DNA from: Anaeromyxobacteraceae bacterium
Lineage (GTDB): Bacteria; Myxococcota; Myxococcia; Myxococcales; Anaeromyxobacteraceae
DNA: 64,000 nt
Assembly (NCBI GenBank): GCA_047602405.1
Contig: JASGHJ010000001.1
Coordinates: forward strand, 608,001 to 672,000
Direction: 5' to 3'
Under the pieces are notes generated by a model. That model did no database searches and was not told where the DNA came from. It saw nothing but the letters and a program-made list of their open reading frames with translations. Numbering within the stretch: the stretch's first letter is position 1; the number at the start of each line of letters is the position of its first letter. The translations under genes and the position numbers were made by a program. This document shows positions 60,989 through 64,000 of this stretch, one piece after another.

Positions 60989-63502
60989 CTACCCCGGCTC
61001 GCCGAGACGTCGCACGCCCTCGGCGGCCTTCACGGCGTCGGGGTGTCGCTCCCCGCTCGTGGCGGCGAGCTGGGTCCGCGCCTCCCGGTAGCTCGCGAGC
61101 GCCTCGAGGCGCTGGCCCAGCCGCTCCTGGATCTCGCCGAGGAGGAGGTGCGCCCGGCCGAGCTGAGGCGTGCGCGCCCGCCCGGCGGCCTGCTCCCGGG
61201 CGGCGTCGAGCGCGGTGCGCGCATCCTCGACGGCGAGGTCGAGCTCGCCCGCCGCGAGCTCCACCATGGCCCGGAGCCGGTGCGCGTTGTGCTTCCCCTC
61301 GCGCGTCACCGCCTTGCCGTCCGGGCCGAACAGCCGCTCCGACGCGCGGCGCGCCTCGAGGACGTTGCCGGTCGCCACCTCGACGTACCCGCGGACGAAG
61401 TGCGCGAACGCGACCTGCGGCACGGCGGGCGGCAGCGTCGCGGCCACGCGCTCCGCCTGGATCGACACCCTGCGCGCCTCCTCGAGCCGCCCCATGTTCC
61501 GCAGCGCCATCGCCGCGCCCGCGCGCGAGTTCGCCTCCTCGGCCGCGACGCCGTTCCGGCGGGCCTGGTCCGCGGCGCGCTGGAAGTTCTCGTACGACGA
61601 GGCGTAGTCGCCGAGCGAGCCCTGCACGTAGGCGAGGTGGCCGACCACCACGTCCGGCGCCTCCCGTGGCGCGAAGGACGCGACCACCTCCTGCAGCAGC
61701 GGCGCGGCGCCGCGGAGGTCGCCCACGAAGATCAGGGTGTCGGCGAGGTCGTAGCGGAGCTGGTTCGCCATCGGCGCCGATCCGAGCCCGCCGGCGCCGA
61801 GGATCCCGAGCGCCTCCTCGAGGTGCGCGATCCCCTCGCGCACGAGGTCGGCCTGGCACTCGGCGTAGCCGAGCCGCCCGACCACGTCGCCCCTCAGCCG
61901 GGGCGAGGGCGCCGGCACGCGCGCGAGGAGCCCGACCGCGTCACGGGCGAGCGCGAGCCCCACCTCGGGCGGCGCCCCGTGCCGCGCGAGCGTGGTGGCC
62001 GCGGCGAGGCAGCCGATGCGCGTCGTGACCTCGAGCGCGGGATCGGCGGCGAGCGCGCGCACGCGCTCCAGGCTCGGGTCCGAGGCCGGCGTGTCCTGGT
62101 CCCACGCGGCCCGCCGGCACTCGGCCTGGGCGGCGAGGTCCCGGTCGGCCGTGCGCGCGAGCAGGACCTGCGCGCGCTCGAGGAGCGCGATGGAGGCGTT
62201 CCTGTCGTCGAGGATGGCCTGGTAGTCGGAGAGCGCGAGCAGCACCAGGGCCTCGCGATCGGGCGCGGTGGCGAACGTGGACCGCGCCTCGGCGGCGGTG
62301 TCGGCGAGCAGCCTCCGGATCGCGGCGACGTCGAGCGTGCCCGCGGCCTGCTGGATCAGGTGGTCGAGCACCTCGCCGAGGGCGGTCGAGCGCGCGAGGA
62401 GCAACCCGGCCCGGTCCCGCTCGGCGACGGCGCGCCGGGCCTGCCAGAGCGTGGTGCCGAGCCCCGCGGCGAGGGTCACGACGAGGGCGGCCGCGGCCCC
62501 GACCGCGAGCCGGTGGCGGCCCACGAACTTGCGCAGCCGGTAGCCCGTCCCGTCCGGCCGCGCCTGCACCGGATTGCCGGCCAGGTGGCGGCGGACGTCC
62601 TGGGCGAACGCGTGCACCGTCGCGTAGCGCTCCGCCGGATCGCGCTTCATCGCCTTCGCGACGATCACGTCGAGGTCGCCGCGCAGCGCCGCGCGCGCCG
62701 CCGGCGGCGCGACCTCGCTCGGCGGCGGCGCGGTCGCCTGCTCGAGCGCGCGCGCGTAGCTCCCGGGCACGTCTCGCGAGAGCCGGTAAGGCCGCACGCC
62801 CGCGAGGAGCTCGTAGAGCAGCACGCCGAGCGCGTACACGTCGGTCGCCACGGTGACGGGGCGCCCCTCGAGCTGCTCGGGGGCGGCGTAGTCGGGGGTG
62901 AACGCGTGCCCCGCGACCTCGGTCGTCTGCGAGGACGACTCGCCCTCGCCGAGGAGCTTCGCGATCCCGAAGTCCAGGAGCCGGACGTCGCCGGCCGCGG
63001 TCACGAGGACGTTCGCGGGCTTGAGGTCCCGGTGCACGACGAGGCGGGCGTGCGCGAGCGCCACCGCGTCGGCCACCTGCAGGAACAGGCCGAGCCGCTC
63101 CCGCACCCCGAGCCGCCGCGCCTGCGCGTGACGGTCGAGCGGCTCCCCGTCGACGTACTCCATCGCGAGCCAGGGCCGGCCCGACGCGTCGACGCCGGCG
63201 TCGTAGAGCCGGGCGATGTTCGGGTGCTCCATGGCGGCGAGCGTGTCGCGCTCGCGCGCCATGCGGCGGTGCAGCCCGGCCGGATCCGCGGCCCAGCGCG
63301 GCAGCTTCAGCGCCACCCGGCGCGCGAGCTGCCCGTCGGCGCGCTCCGCGAGCCAGACGGCGCCCAAGCCGCCCCTGCCGAGCTCCCGGAGGAGGACGTA
63401 CGGCCCCACCCGATCACCCACGCCGGAAGCCGCGCCCGGCTCCTGCGCGGTGGACGTTCCGTCGGGGAGGGTCTCGGGCCAGGGGGCATCGTTCCGGGTC
63501 AC
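60989..63502 (-). CDS. Hanks-type Ser/Thr protein kinase with TM helix and TPR-like C-terminus
   Basis: LGRGGLG.V, VALK, HRDLKPAN, LLDFG, YAAPE, DVYALG. Confidence 0.92.
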   Translation of the reverse strand: MTRNDAPWPETLPDGTSTAQEPGAASGVGDRVGPYVLLRELGRGGLGAVWLAERADGQLARRVALKLPRWAADPAGLHRRMARERDTLAAMEHPNIARLYDAGVDASGRPWLAMEYVDGEPLDRHAQARRLGVRERLGLFLQVADAVALAHARLVVHRDLKPANVLVTAAGDVRLLDFGIAKLLGEGESSSQTTEVAGHAFTPDYAAPEQLEGRPVTVATDVYALGVLLYELLAGVRPYRLSRDVPGSYARALEQATAPPPSEVAPPAARAALRGDLDVIVAKAMKRDPAERYATVHAFAQDVRRHLAGNPVQARPDGTGYRLRKFVGRHRLAVGAAAALVVTLAAGLGTTLWQARRAVAERDRAGLLLARSTALGEVLDHLIQQAAGTLDVAAIRRLLADTAAEARSTFATAPDREALVLLALSDYQAILDDRNASIALLERAQVLLARTADRDLAAQAECRRAAWDQDTPASDPSLERVRALAADPALEVTTRIGCLAAATTLARHGAPPEVGLALARDAVGLLARVPAPSPRLRGDVVGRLGYAECQADLVREGIAHLEEALGILGAGGLGSAPMANQLRYDLADTLIFVGDLRGAAPLLQEVVASFAPREAPDVVVGHLAYVQGSLGDYASSYENFQRAADQARRNGVAAEEANSRAGAAMALRNMGRLEEARRVSIQAERVAATLPPAVPQVAFAHFVRGYVEVATGNVLEARRASERLFGPDGKAVTREGKHNAHRLRAMVELAAGELDLAVEDARTALDAAREQAAGRARTPQLGRAHLLLGEIQERLGQRLEALASYREARTQLAATSGERHPDAVKAAEGVRRLGEPG

Positions 63503-63619
63503 GCGCGATCCCTAGCCGCCCGGGAGCCCGTTCACGCGTGGAATCCCGGGGATTCTCCCGAGGGGTTCCCTCGGTCTCCCGTCGCGGGCGCGCCGCGTCG
63601 GTGCGATGAGCGCGGCGCG

Positions 63620-64000
63620 TCACCCTCGCTCGGCGAGCCGGCGCACGGCGAGCCCGCCGAAGACCACCGTGACGCCGGCGAGCGCGGCCGCCGCGATCCC
63701 GGGTGGGATGAAGCGGAACTCGTGGACCCCCGCCGCGGCGAGCGCGAGCTGGTTCAGGTGGAACGCCGGCCAGACGACGACCCAGGGCTCGAGGAACGCC
63801 GGCAGGGGGATGAACAGCCCCGAGAGCCAGAGCATCGGCAGGAACACGAGGTTCGTGATCGCCGGCGCCGCGGAGCCGGAGGCGTGGGCGCCGATGAAGA
63901 GGCCGAGCGCGCTCATGGGGACGGTGCCGGCGAGGAGCGCGAGGCACATCGCCGCGATCCGGGGGCCGGGGAGCGGCAGCGTGCCCGCCACCGCCGCGGC
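63620..64000 (-). CDS. ABC-2 type transporter permease, 5' part outside the window
   Basis: NLVFLPMLWLSGLFIP...P.FL......WP..HL pattern. Confidence 0.75.
   Translation of the reverse strand, partial: AAAVAGTLPLPGPRIAAMCLALLAGTVPMSALGLFIGAHASGSAAPAITNLVFLPMLWLSGLFIPLPAFLEPWVVVWPAFHLNQLALAAAGVHEFRFIPPGIAAAALAGVTVVFGGLAVRRLAERG

Overview
Very GC-rich bacterial chromosomal window. Gene content and order (kdsB-pyrG-kdsA-kdsC, lptCAB-rpoN-hpf-ptsN, a myxobacterial-type LexA box) suggest a myxobacterium such as Anaeromyxobacter; this is inference. About 58 coding regions, no tRNA, rRNA or CRISPR array seen. Main result: a 2788-bp mobile element (35907-38694) bounded by 15-bp terminal inverted repeats and a TA duplication. 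It carries an IS5-family (ISL2/IS112-like) DDE transposase divergent from a large 646-aa TnpB/Cas12-like RuvC protein with all three catalytic acidic motifs, and a hairpin-rich end where an omega-RNA would be expected. It sits in the shared CTAG stop codons of lepB and a tetR gene without damaging either. Second: a seven-gene ino1 / PIP-synthase / PimA-like / two acyltransferases / phosphoesterase / MMPL operon that resembles an actinobacterial PIM glycolipid pathway in an LPS-producing organism. Also present: a LexA-boxed HNH nuclease with internal DNA repeats next to an ISAs1 insertion, a palindromic repeat inserted in frame in two housekeeping genes, a GAFTGA-less enhancer-binding protein beside a Tat split-Soret-like cytochrome, a 1865-aa surface lipoprotein, a MacAB-TolC-like exporter with three permeases, and two frameshifted genes. 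All product calls come from motif recognition by eye, not from database searches.
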